Below are positions 55,320-64,000 of a stretch of 64,000 nucleotides of DNA, one piece after another. The notes below the pieces were generated by a model that saw only the letters and a list, made by a program, of their open reading frames with translations, had not been told where the DNA came from and made no database searches. The DNA comes from Myxococcota bacterium (GTDB lineage Bacteria; Myxococcota_A; UBA9160; UBA4427). A program made the translations under genes and the position numbers. The DNA lies in assembly GCA_036336835.1 (NCBI GenBank), contig JAYZFK010000088.1:28002-92001 (forward strand). The letters are read 5' to 3'. Numbering within the stretch: the stretch's first letter is position 1; each line of letters opens with the position of its first letter.

Positions 55320-57486
55320 CGGTGCTGGGGCTCCGGTCCGCGAGGTGGATCACGATCCTTCCGCTCCCTTCCAGCGCCGTCAGGGCGAGGCGTTCCGCTT
55401 GGGCGTCCCAGTGCCCGGTCAGCCCCGCCAGCTCGACCGAGCTGAAGCTGGCGTCGCGGGGAGACTCGAGCTCGATCCGCCCCCCACGGCCGTGTCCGGA
55501 GATTTCGAGCCGTCGCGCGCCGGTGTCGTCCGAGGCCAACCGCGCGTCGGTCACGTGAAAAGCGCGCAGTCCGCGAGACCTGACACCCCCGAGGTCGATC
55601 ACCACCCGCTCGCCGGGAAGCCCCCTGGCCGGCAGGCTGCGCACGAAGTAGATCGGATTGCTCAGGATCTTTGCGCGTCCCGCCGGCGTCGTGACCTCGA
55701 CGCGCGCGAACGTCGAGGGCGTGTCCAGGCGCAGATCGTGAGACATCCGGAAGGCGGGCCCGTGTGCGACGAAGGGGGTCACGGTCCCGTCGGACTCGAC
55801 GACCCGCACGATGTCGCCCGGCTCCAGCGCATCGAGGAGGATCCAGATGCGCGCCTCCGGGCGGTCGCCAACGACCACCTGGCCCATGCGGCCGCCGCGC
55901 TCCGAGACCAGGTCGAGCCGGCCGTCGTAGAGCAGGATGTCGCCGAAGTAGGCAGCTCCGGCGCGGAGTCCCTCGACGAGTTCGTCGATCGTCGGCGAGT
56001 CCGCGTAGATCCAGGTCAGCAAGTTGTTGGGAAACGTCGCCCAGCGCGCCAGCGGGCCACCGTGAGAGTCGCTCACTCCGGTCCCTACGAGCAGGAAGCC
56101 GCGCCGCGCCAGCTCGTCCCAGATCTCCAGATGATCGGCCAGTCCGCGTCCTCCCCGGTCGCGGTAGCCCACCTCGAGCAGGTCGGCGCCGAAGACCTCG
56201 TGCTCCAGGAGCACCGCCAGCACCTCCGCGGGCTCGCGGTCGACCCGGACCGACGCTCCCGGAAGCATGGCCCCGAACATGTGGTTCAGAGAGACCAGGC
56301 CACCCCTCTGATGCACTTGCTCCACGGCCCAATGTGCGAAGCGATTGCGGACAGTGTTCCAATCCGCGTCGGTGACGATCGGGCCGTCGCCTTGCGCGCG
56401 CAGCAGTGCCTGCTCGTAGTCGATGACGAGCGGGGCGCCGCCGAACTGGTTCAGGTGATGGCCGATCCCGGAGATCTCGAGCCCCTCGAGCTGTACCAGG
56501 CCGGGCGTCCTCTGGTCGGCCGCCGCCACCATCTCGCCGTAGCGGGCGAAGGCGTCGCGGCCCGAGTGGGTCTGCTGGATCTCCAGGTCGTCGAAGCGGA
56601 AGCGGGCCGTCGCGCCCTGCCGAGACTGGACGCCGAGTGCAAGCTCGTTGAGGCTGTTGTCCGCCCCGTCGAGCTCCGGAAAGCCCGCTCGAACGTCGGC
56701 GCTGACGGGCAGCACCAGCTCGTTCCATCCCCCGTCTGTCAAGGCCAGCGGAACCACGAGAGTCGTGCCCTGCCGCTTCGGCTCCCCTCCCTCCAGCCCG
56801 AGGAGGTAACGCAGCCGAAGGCGCCTCAGCTCGCCGGCGATGGGGTGCTCCGAGAGGTGGATCTCGAGGACGGCTCCCGTATCCGAGACGAGGCTGTCCG
56901 GAGCAACGGAGAGAACGATCCGCACTCCGGTGGCCAGTGAGCGCCGGTAGAGGTTCCGCGTGACGCTGAGCTCGACGATGTGCTCTTCGAAATCCTCGGA
57001 CTGGCTGGTCAGCTCCAGGGCCAGGCTCGCGCTGCGGTCCGCCCCCCCCGGCACGAATGCCTGTCGGCCGTTCGGGTGGGCGCGGCGATTCGTCCGCAGC
57101 GTCTTCTTCAGCCGGCCGTCGGCGGGCGATACCGCGCGCCACGTCTCGCCCTGGGCGGCGGGTTGCTCGGGGTGCTCGAAGTCGAAGTGGTCGATCCGGC
57201 GGTAGCCGGTGATGCGAAAGTCGTGGTCGCTCCACCAGATGACATCCGCCCCAACGGCTGCCGCCTCGTGCGCGTGTGAGCTGAAGCTCCCGATTCCCTC
57301 GCTCCACGATCCGTGGAGGTGGAGCTGCGCGGACCACGCCGGCTGCGGACGCCACGTGCAGTCCGGGCAGGAGGGCGTCGCATCTGCTGTGGAGGCGCGC
57401 TCGGCGTCCCTCGCGTCGCCACAGCCCACAGCGATCGCCAGCGCGATCAGCCCGAGGGCGAGATGACGACTCCAGGTTGTCGACAC
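55309..57486 (-). CDS. Lipoprotein PHP-family (CehA/McbA-like) metallohydrolase with inserted domain
   Basis: Lipobox AVGC; LHLHGSWSEG, WSDHD, GLEIS..HHLN, SLNH, GVSDSHG. Confidence 0.75.
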   Translation of the reverse strand: MSTTWSRHLALGLIALAIAVGCGDARDAERASTADATPSCPDCTWRPQPAWSAQLHLHGSWSEGIGSFSSHAHEAAAVGADVIWWSDHDFRITGYRRIDHFDFEHPEQPAAQGETWRAVSPADGRLKKTLRTNRRAHPNGRQAFVPGGADRSASLALELTSQSEDFEEHIVELSVTRNLYRRSLATGVRIVLSVAPDSLVSDTGAVLEIHLSEHPIAGELRRLRLRYLLGLEGGEPKRQGTTLVVPLALTDGGWNELVLPVSADVRAGFPELDGADNSLNELALGVQSRQGATARFRFDDLEIQQTHSGRDAFARYGEMVAAADQRTPGLVQLEGLEISGIGHHLNQFGGAPLVIDYEQALLRAQGDGPIVTDADWNTVRNRFAHWAVEQVHQRGGLVSLNHMFGAMLPGASVRVDREPAEVLAVLLEHEVFGADLLEVGYRDRGGRGLADHLEIWDELARRGFLLVGTGVSDSHGGPLARWATFPNNLLTWIYADSPTIDELVEGLRAGAAYFGDILLYDGRLDLVSERGGRMGQVVVGDRPEARIWILLDALEPGDIVRVVESDGTVTPFVAHGPAFRMSHDLRLDTPSTFARVEVTTPAGRAKILSNPIYFVRSLPARGLPGERVVIDLGGVRSRGLRAFHVTDARLASDDTGARRLEISGHGRGGRIELESPRDASFSSVELAGLTGHWDAQAERLALTALEGSGRIVIHLADRSPSTGDP

Positions 57487-57498
57487 GACGACGGAATG

Positions 57499-58713
57499 CT
57501 AGCCGAACAGTGTTCCCCGCCCCTCGCACGCCGCCGCACCGCTCTCGACCAGCGCGTCGATCTCGGCCGGCGTGAAGTTGCACTCGGCCAGGACTTCACG
57601 CGTGTGGGCGCCGGGCACTGGAGCGGCGCTGCTCACACCGGTGGGAGTCTCGCTGAGTGTCACCGGGTGTCGCAGGACTTCGACCGTTCCGTCGCTCGCG
57701 TGTTCGACGCTGCGCGTCAGGTTGAGATGGACGACCTGCGGATCGGCGAACACCTCGTCCATCGCGTAGACGGGTCCGCAGGGGATGTCGACCGCGTTGA
57801 GGATTTCGGTCCACTCGGCCGACGTTCGGCACGCGAGCTTGCGTTCGAGCACCTGCTGGAGAGCCTCGCGATTGCGCGACCGCAGCGTGTCGTCGCAGAA
57901 CCGTGGATCGTCGTCGATCTCTTCGGCATCGATGGCGGCGAGGAAGCGTTGCCACCCCATGACTGCGGCGACATTGATGTGCCCATCCCGTGTCGCCAGG
58001 GTTCCCATCGGAAAGATGGTGGGGTGATCGTTTCCCGCCTGTCCCGGCACCTCGCCGTCGATCAGCCAACGCGTCGCCTGGAAGTCCATGAAGTTCACCA
58101 TCGATTCGAGCAGTGAGGTGTGGACCCACTGCCCGCGGCCCGTGCGCTCGCGTGCGAACAGGGCGGCCAGGACGCCCTGTGTGAGGAAGGTTCCCGAGGC
58201 GGTGTCCGAGATCGCGATGCCGGCGCGCCAGGGCCCCTGGCCGGGGGGGCCGGTGACGCTCATCAGTCCCCCCATCCCCTGGGCGACCAAGTCGAATCCC
58301 GGACGATCGCGGTAGGGCCCCTGTTGCCCGAAGCCCGAGATGCTCGCGTAGACGAGTCGCGGGTTGTGCTCGCGCAGGCTCTCGTAGTCGATGCGCAGCC
58401 GATGCTTGACGCCGGCACGATAGTTCTCGACCAGCACGTCGGCGTCGCGGGCCAGACGCAGAAAGGCCGCGTGCCCGCCCTCGCTCTTCAGGTCGAGGAG
58501 TACCGAGCGCTTGCCTCGATGCAGGTTGTGGTTGTCGGATCCCGCGAGGCCGCCGCGCAGCGGGTTCCCGACGTGGACCACGTCGGCTCCGAGGTCCGCC
58601 AGCTGGCGCGAGCAGGTGGGACCGGCACGCGCGACGGTGAGATCGACGACCCGAAGGCCCGCAAGCGGTCCCGAGCGGGTGTCTCGCTCGACTCGGGCTT
58701 GCTCTGCGCTCAT
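57499..58713 (-). CDS. CaiB/BaiF class III CoA transferase
   Basis: GPLAGLRVVDL, LADLGADV, RGKRS, DVLVENYR, ISGFG..GPY, ISDTASG, GAHTREVL. Confidence 0.94.
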   Translation of the reverse strand: MSAEQARVERDTRSGPLAGLRVVDLTVARAGPTCSRQLADLGADVVHVGNPLRGGLAGSDNHNLHRGKRSVLLDLKSEGGHAAFLRLARDADVLVENYRAGVKHRLRIDYESLREHNPRLVYASISGFGQQGPYRDRPGFDLVAQGMGGLMSVTGPPGQGPWRAGIAISDTASGTFLTQGVLAALFARERTGRGQWVHTSLLESMVNFMDFQATRWLIDGEVPGQAGNDHPTIFPMGTLATRDGHINVAAVMGWQRFLAAIDAEEIDDDPRFCDDTLRSRNREALQQVLERKLACRTSAEWTEILNAVDIPCGPVYAMDEVFADPQVVHLNLTRSVEHASDGTVEVLRHPVTLSETPTGVSSAAPVPGAHTREVLAECNFTPAEIDALVESGAAACEGRGTLFG

Positions 58714-58737
58714 CGGTCCACTCCTCCCGATCGGAAC

Positions 58738-59520
58738 TCAGCTTCCCCGAAAGCGCGGCGCACGCTTCTCGAGGAAGGCCCGGACCCCCTCTGCGAAGTC
58801 CTCGCTCTCGAAGCAGGCGCGAACGGAGGCCTGGATGCCCGCGCTGTCGCGTTCTTCGGCTGGCTTGCGGAGCTCGCGACTGATCTGCTTGACACTGCGA
58901 ACACTGAGCGGAGCATTGCGAGCGATGCGCAGCGCGGTATCGCGGACGAAACCCTCGAGCTCGTGCTTGGGGAGCACGCGGTTCACCAGCCCCATCCGGA
59001 GCGCTTCGTCCGCGTCGTACTGCCGTGCCGTGAAGAAGATCTCGGTCGCGTTCGCCAGTCCGACCAGGCGCGCCAGGTCCTCGATGCCGTCGGCGTCGTA
59101 GCCGACGCCGAGGCGCGCGGCGGGAATCGCGAAGCGGGCGTCGTCCGCGGCATAGCGAAGGTCCGCCGAGAGCGAGAGTGCGACGCCGCCCCCAATACAG
59201 TAGCCGTGGATCATGGCGACGACGGGCTTGGAGATCTGCGCGAGCTCGACGAAGACATTCCCGCCTCCCGCCTGGAGGTTGCGGGACGTCTCGCCGCCGG
59301 CGCTCCGCGGAAACTGTGAGATGTCGGCGCCCGAGACGAACGCCTCGTCGCCGGCGCCGCGCAGCACGAGGACTCGGACCTTCTCGTCGGCGTCGAAGCC
59401 GCGCGCCGCCTTGCCGAGCTCGCCCCACATGTTCTGCGACAGTGCGTTGCGGCGCTCGGGATGGTCTATGACGATCCAGCCGATCGGTTCTTCTCTCTCC
59501 GTGCGCACCTGGCCGGGCAT
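58738..59520 (-). CDS. Enoyl-CoA hydratase family protein
   Basis: HPERRNA, AFVSGADI, KPVVAMIHGYCIGGG, FAIPAARLG, AFLEKR.P.F. Confidence 0.92.
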   Translation of the reverse strand: MPGQVRTEREEPIGWIVIDHPERRNALSQNMWGELGKAARGFDADEKVRVLVLRGAGDEAFVSGADISQFPRSAGGETSRNLQAGGGNVFVELAQISKPVVAMIHGYCIGGGVALSLSADLRYAADDARFAIPAARLGVGYDADGIEDLARLVGLANATEIFFTARQYDADEALRMGLVNRVLPKHELEGFVRDTALRIARNAPLSVRSVKQISRELRKPAEERDSAGIQASVRACFESEDFAEGVRAFLEKRAPRFRGS

Positions 59521-59529
59521 TGCGGGAGC

Positions 59530-59991
59530 CTACGAAGCCCTGCCGACGCGCGCCGCCAGCATGTCGTCGACCAGCTGACCCTGGACTTCGGCCGCATCGG
59601 CCAACCCGCGGCGCAGGGAGCGGAGAGCGTCCTGTGCCCAGGATGCTCGGCCGTGCTCGTGGAGCAGAATGACCAGCTCGTCGAGCGCGCGGAGCAGCTG
59701 CCGGTAGCGCGCGAGCGGATCGGCAATTTCGTCGGTTTCGCACGCGTCGGGCAGCTCCAGGCCATGCGCTCGCGCAGCCTCGACGGCGCTGTGCCGGGTT
59801 GCCTCCAGGATTGCAGACTCTTCGTCGAGCGCCTGGAACAGCCTGGGCCAGATCACGCTGATTCGTCCCAACAGCACGATGATCTGGCGGCGCGCGCGCT
59901 GGCTGCGCTCGTCCACCGGAAGGTCCGGGTCGTCGGCCGCCAGGCTCTCCGCCGCCTGGCCGAGCAGTGCGCCGATCGACTCGTAGAACAC
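59530..59991 (-). CDS. Hypothetical all-helical protein, 153 aa
   Basis: Genome-like codon use; amphipathic helices; co-oriented with the ECH-CaiB run. Confidence 0.7.
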   Translation of the reverse strand: MFYESIGALLGQAAESLAADDPDLPVDERSQRARRQIIVLLGRISVIWPRLFQALDEESAILEATRHSAVEAARAHGLELPDACETDEIADPLARYRQLLRALDELVILLHEHGRASWAQDALRSLRRGLADAAEVQGQLVDDMLAARVGRAS

Positions 59992-60003
59992 GGGCGCGAT
60001 CGC

Positions 60004-60318
60004 TCAGCGTCCGACCAGGCTGAAGCCGTTGTCGCGCCCGGTCGGCCCGACGAATTGACAGATGCGCTCGACCTTGTGTGCGATGTCGGGAGCGCACAGG
60101 GAGTCGGCCGCGTGGTAGCCGGGTGGCCCGCTGAACAGGCGCAGGCGCGCCAGATCCCCGTCGCGAAGGCGGTTCGCCAGTGTCCAGAGCAGCCGCTGCG
60201 GCTCCGCGAGACCCGTGCCGAAGATCACCGGACTGTCATCCGGAAGCGCCACAACCGCCGCTTCCGTCTTGCACAGCTTCGCCTGGTACGCCGAGGCGAA
60301 GCGCTCGCTCGAAGGCAT
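60004..60318 (-). pseudogene. N-terminal fragment of an acetyl-CoA hydrolase/4-hydroxybutyrate CoA-transferase
   Basis: YQAKL...AAV, GTGLAEPQRLL..LANR, FVGP.GR; ends after about 104 aa where the family is over 400 aa. TATACT and SD AAGGAG are retained upstream. Confidence 0.75.
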
Positions 60319-60457
60319 CGGACGCTCCTTGAGCTGCGATTCTCCGAGGAGTATACGCGCGCCGGCTGCGTTGCTTGCGCGATATGAAGGCTCGCTACGG
60401 ATTTGGAGCCCACTCTCGCGTTGCACGCCCGTATCATCCGCAGCTCGGGGAGGCGCG

Positions 60458-61087
60458 ATGATCCTGGACATGTCCTCGGAGCTGCAGAAGCCGGAGGGCA
60501 TGCCGGAGCCTCAGCTCTATGCAGAGGCCCTCGAGCAGGTCGTGCTCGCCGACGAGCTGGGCGACGGCTGCTGGTGGTCGGTCGAGCACCACGACACGGG
60601 CCACTTCAGCGACTGCTCGACGTCCGACTTGATGCTCACGCTGATCTCCCAACACAGCGAGCAGATCCACCTGGGGCACTCGGGCGTTCTGGCGCCCTTC
60701 GACATCCATCACCCGATGCAGATTGCTGAACGGGCGGCCTTCCTCGACAGCGTGAGCCGCGGCCGGCTGGAACTCGGCCTGGCGCGCTCGCTGCCGCGAG
60801 AGTGGGAGACCTTCGGCGGCGATCCCGACGAGACCCGTCAGCAGGCTGGTCACGACCTCGATCCGCTCGAGGTGTGCGAAGCCCTCGAGCCCTTCGACGC
60901 GGTCATCATCGGCGACGTCGACACGTGTCGGCGCAAGCTGGAGCGTTACGCCGAATGCGGTGTCGATCGGTTGATGTGCCTGATGCAGATGGGTCCCGTC
61001 CCGCACGAGACGGTGATGAAGAGCATCCGCACCGCGGGCAAGCATCTGGTTCCGCAGCTGGCGGCGTTCGAACGGTCCGAGGCCTGA
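60458..61087 (+). pseudogene. LLM-class monooxygenase with large in-frame internal deletion
   Basis: N-terminus (LADELG..WSVEHH, HPMQIAERAAFLD.VSRGRLELGLAR) joins the C-terminus (IIGDVDTC..KLERY..GVDRLMC) at about 60844. Only 209 aa; the central PxP.Q.PHPP region is absent. Confidence 0.72.
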
Positions 61088-61109
61088 CGCGGCCGGAGGG
61101 GATGCACGG

Positions 61110-62186
61110 GTGAGCGGCGACACCAGACCCGGCGAAACGGGTGAGCCCTGGGATGGGCTTGCCGAGTTCCTGAGCCGCGAGGCGTTTCCCGGCTCCATCG
61201 ATCTGCGCATCACCGATACGGCGCGGCCCACGGGTGGTGCCTCGTGGGAGACGTTCCTCGTCACCCTGGATCTGTCGCTGGCTGGGCGCAGGCAGACCCG
61301 GCGCGTCGCGATCAAGCGCGCCCCGGCGACGGGCCCGCTGGCGCCCTACCTGGTGAGCCGCGACGTGGCGATCTTCTCGACGCTGTCCGCCAGCGACGTC
61401 CCGGTCCCGGAGCTGCTCGCGTGGACCGAGGATCCGTCCGTGTTCGTGCGTCCGTTCAGCGTGACGGGCTTCGTCGAGGGCGAGTCCCACGACATCACCA
61501 AGGTCGAGCGCTGGCCGGTCTGGCAGCGTGAGCGCGAGGCGCTCGGGCTCGAGATGATCGACACGCTCGCAGCGTTGCAGCGCTTCCGCTGGCAGGGCAC
61601 GGGCGTGGAGGAAATGCTGGGGCCGCGAGGCTCCGCCGATCAGCGCGCGGCACAGTTGGTGGACCGCTATCTCGATCCGCTGCTCGAGCAGGCCCGGTCG
61701 GCCGGCGTCGGCGTCCCGTTGTGGCGCGACATGGGCGAGTGGCTGAAGCGCAATGCGCCGTGCGATCGCGAAGAGGATCTGGTGATCGTCCACGGCGACT
61801 ACCGCTTCGGCAACCTTCTCTGGCAGGACACCCGCATTGCCGCGGTGCTCGACTGGGAGCGCGCGACGCTCGGTCCGCCGATGCAGGACCTCGGCTTCAT
61901 CTGCATGCCGCTCTCGCGCTGGAAGGAGCCGGAGATCATGGCCAAGACGATCCCCTTCGACGTGCTCGCGAAGCGCTACCAGGCCGCGACCGGTCGGACT
62001 GTCGACATCCGCGTGGTCCAATACTATGCCGTGCTCTGGCAGTTCATCGAAGGCGTCAACGGCTCGCGCGGCGCGCTCGCCTCTGGAGGCCGGGTGGGGT
62101 CGGGAGGGCTGCTGCAACCCAACCTGGTCGCCCGGCAGACACTGCGCCTGATGGAGAGCTACGAAGCGGGGCGTCCCGTCCTGTGA
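61110..62186 (+). CDS. APH-like phosphotransferase (ACAD10/11-kinase/LvaA-like)
   Basis: GGASWET, VPVPE, RPFSV, IVHGDYRFGNLL, LDWERATLGPPMQDLG. Confidence 0.9.
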   Translation: MSGDTRPGETGEPWDGLAEFLSREAFPGSIDLRITDTARPTGGASWETFLVTLDLSLAGRRQTRRVAIKRAPATGPLAPYLVSRDVAIFSTLSASDVPVPELLAWTEDPSVFVRPFSVTGFVEGESHDITKVERWPVWQREREALGLEMIDTLAALQRFRWQGTGVEEMLGPRGSADQRAAQLVDRYLDPLLEQARSAGVGVPLWRDMGEWLKRNAPCDREEDLVIVHGDYRFGNLLWQDTRIAAVLDWERATLGPPMQDLGFICMPLSRWKEPEIMAKTIPFDVLAKRYQAATGRTVDIRVVQYYAVLWQFIEGVNGSRGALASGGRVGSGGLLQPNLVARQTLRLMESYEAGRPVL

Positions 62187-62305
62187 GACGCATCCTCGCT
62201 GGGCGCGGGACCGAGGTCGGCTCATCGTAGGATCTGGGTGATAAGCTGTATCCCGTCGTTCGATTTCACTGGCGACCCGCAGGAAGCCCACTCGGGAGGC
62301 AATGC

Positions 62306-63157
62306 ATGACCGCTTTCGAGATTCGCCCCATTGCCGGTTCTCTGGGTGCCGAGCTGCACGGTCTCGACCTGCGCGAGCCGCTCGCTCCCGCGACGATCGA
62401 CGAGATCGATCGCGCGCTCTGCGACCATCTGGTCATCTTCTTCCCGGAGCAAGAGCTCGACGCCGACCAGCACCTCGCGTTCAGCCGTGCACTGGGCGAG
62501 GTGTTCACCGAGCACCCGCCCTACCTCCCGACCCTCGAAGACCACCCCGAGGTGGTGGTGCTCTCCGGGCGGGCCGGCGGGCGTGCCGACCTCTGGCACA
62601 CCGATATCACCATCAACCCACGGCCACCCAAGGGGTCGATCCTCTACATGAAGCAGGCGCCCGCGTTCGGCGGGGACACCATGTGGGCCAACCTCTACCT
62701 CGCCTACGACGCGCTGTCCGAGCCGATGAAGCGCTACCTGGGCGAGTTGACCGCCGTACACGACATCCGGGGCAGTGGTGGCGCCGTGCTGGTCGAGCGC
62801 TCGGATGAGACGGCTTCGCCATACAGCCCCCTCGAAGAGAAGCCGGGCCCTGGGGTCCTGACCAGTGCCGAGCACCCCGTCGTGCGGACACACCCGGTGA
62901 CTGGCAAGCAGTGCCTGTTCGTGAACCCCACCTTCACCTCCCACATCCGGCACGTCTCGCGTGCCGAGAGCAATGCGATCCTCGGTTATCTCTACGCCCA
63001 CATGGTGCAGCCCGAGTTCATCTGCCGGCGGCGCTGGAGTCAGGGCGACGTGGGGATATGGGACAACCGCTGCACGATGCACTATGCGATCGCCGACTAC
63101 GGCGACGCGGACCGGGTGATCCACCGCACCACGCTGGTCGGCGACGTGCCTGCTTGA
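62306..63157 (+). CDS. TauD/TfdA-family 2-oxoglutarate dioxygenase
   Basis: WHTD, GGDTMWAN, HPVVRTHPVTG..LFVN, WDNRCTMH, RVIHR. Confidence 0.94.
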   Translation: MTAFEIRPIAGSLGAELHGLDLREPLAPATIDEIDRALCDHLVIFFPEQELDADQHLAFSRALGEVFTEHPPYLPTLEDHPEVVVLSGRAGGRADLWHTDITINPRPPKGSILYMKQAPAFGGDTMWANLYLAYDALSEPMKRYLGELTAVHDIRGSGGAVLVERSDETASPYSPLEEKPGPGVLTSAEHPVVRTHPVTGKQCLFVNPTFTSHIRHVSRAESNAILGYLYAHMVQPEFICRRRWSQGDVGIWDNRCTMHYAIADYGDADRVIHRTTLVGDVPA

Positions 63158-63161
63158 TCGC

Positions 63162-64000
63162 TCAGCGCGGGGTCCAGCGAATCGGCAGTGCGCCCCACCC
63201 GTTGAAGAACTCCGAGCGCAGCCGGACGGCGCGCTCTTCGTCGACCTCGTAATCCGGGATCCGGGCGAGTAGCTCCTCGATCAGCACGCGTCCCTCCATC
63301 TGGGCGACGTTCGCGCCGAGGCAGCGGTGCGTCGCGTGGCCGAACGAGAGGATGCGCTCCGCCTTGCGGTGGATGTCGTAGCGGTCGGGGTCGGGGAACT
63401 CGCGTTCGTCGTGATTGGCGCAGTGCCACAGGAACATCAGCTTCTGTCCCGGCTCGATCGTCTGGCCGTGAACGGGGTAGGGCTCGAGCACCGTTCGGCC
63501 CAGCATGTTGGTCGGCATGTCGTAGCGCAGCGCCTCCCAGAAGGCGTCCTTCGAGAGCGCCGGGCTCGCGACGACCTCGGCGCGCTGGTCGGGGTGCTGC
63601 CACAGCCGGTAGGCGGCGCCGGCGAAGGCCTTCGGCAGGGTCTCGGTCCCGCCCACGACCAGCAGCTGCAGGGTCGACAGCACGTCCTCGCGCGGCAGCG
63701 GCCTGCCGTCGATCCGCGTGTCGAGGAGATCCGCCATCAGCGCGCTAGTGCCGCGCCGCGACGGCGCCTCGTCGATCCACTTGTCGAGGTAGTCGGACAG
63801 CGTGCTGGTGGCGTCCTGACCGGCCTGGGTCTGTCCGCGCTGGCCCGCTTCGCGCTGGAAGAAGAGGCCCACGTTGCCCGCGAGCATGTCGGCATCTTCG
63901 AGCGGGATGCCGATGATCGAGCAGGCGATGCGAACCGAGAGCCGCATTGCATAGTCGCGGATCGCGTCGCACTCCCCGCGTTCGTAGATCTCGTCCAGGA
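63162..64000 (-). CDS. Cytochrome P450 (5' end outside window)
   Basis: I-helix VGGTET, EALR (ExxR), ANHDEREF, heme motif FGHATHRCLG. Confidence 0.95.
   Translation of the reverse strand, partial: LDEIYERGECDAIRDYAMRLSVRIACSIIGIPLEDADMLAGNVGLFFQREAGQRGQTQAGQDATSTLSDYLDKWIDEAPSRRGTSALMADLLDTRIDGRPLPREDVLSTLQLLVVGGTETLPKAFAGAAYRLWQHPDQRAEVVASPALSKDAFWEALRYDMPTNMLGRTVLEPYPVHGQTIEPGQKLMFLWHCANHDEREFPDPDRYDIHRKAERILSFGHATHRCLGANVAQMEGRVLIEELLARIPDYEVDEERAVRLRSEFFNGWGALPIRWTPR

Noticed and set aside
59992-60006. Possible selenocysteine or readthrough TGA joining two in-frame ORFs
   Set aside because: The position is not a Cys-equivalent catalytic site and I see no convincing SECIS hairpin. Being in frame has a 1-in-3 chance, and a deletion scar explains the arrangement.
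54006-62186. APH-family genes as aminoglycoside-resistance determinants
   Set aside because: Motifs and acyl-CoA context fit the metabolic ACAD10/11-LvaA-like kinases; there are no mobile-element features.

Overview
High-GC, gene-dense bacterial DNA with about 65 genes. Gene content (RpoH-type sigma, FHA-DUF4388, bactofilin, lipoprotein CpoB, holB-metG-tatD) suggests a Myxococcota/deltaproteobacterial-like diderm; this is inference only. I found no rRNA, tRNA, CRISPR array, IS or phage genes. There are three blocks. (1) 1-32.5 kb is core and envelope genes: an atypical oppABCDF operon coupled to a membrane protein with a GspG-like domain, a GT4 plus tandem LPS kinase, a GldAFG-DUF4340 ABC system, holB-metG-tatD, bactofilin, NifU, a moaD-moaE fusion plus moaB, rpoH, cytochrome c, pepA, tolQRAB-cpoB without pal, dksA-tsaD-rsmA. 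(2) 32.5-37.9 kb is a somewhat more AT-rich c-di-GMP islet: DUF481 barrel, PilZ, Hpt, REC-PAS-GGDEF-EAL and two eroded receiver pseudogenes. (3) 37.9-64 kb is an accessory acyl-CoA/oxidative catabolic region (LLM, SDRs, ACAD10/11-type dehydrogenase, two APH-like kinases, CoA ligase/transferase, crotonases, TauD, P450), with envelope-modifying genes and two deletion-scarred pseudogenes interleaved. Best leads: the GspG-domain-coupled modified Opp transporter, a dispersed Lva-like kinase/ACAD pathway, the eroding Hpt to DGC/PDE to PilZ module, and the pal-less tol locus. All family calls come from motif recognition by eye, with no database searches.
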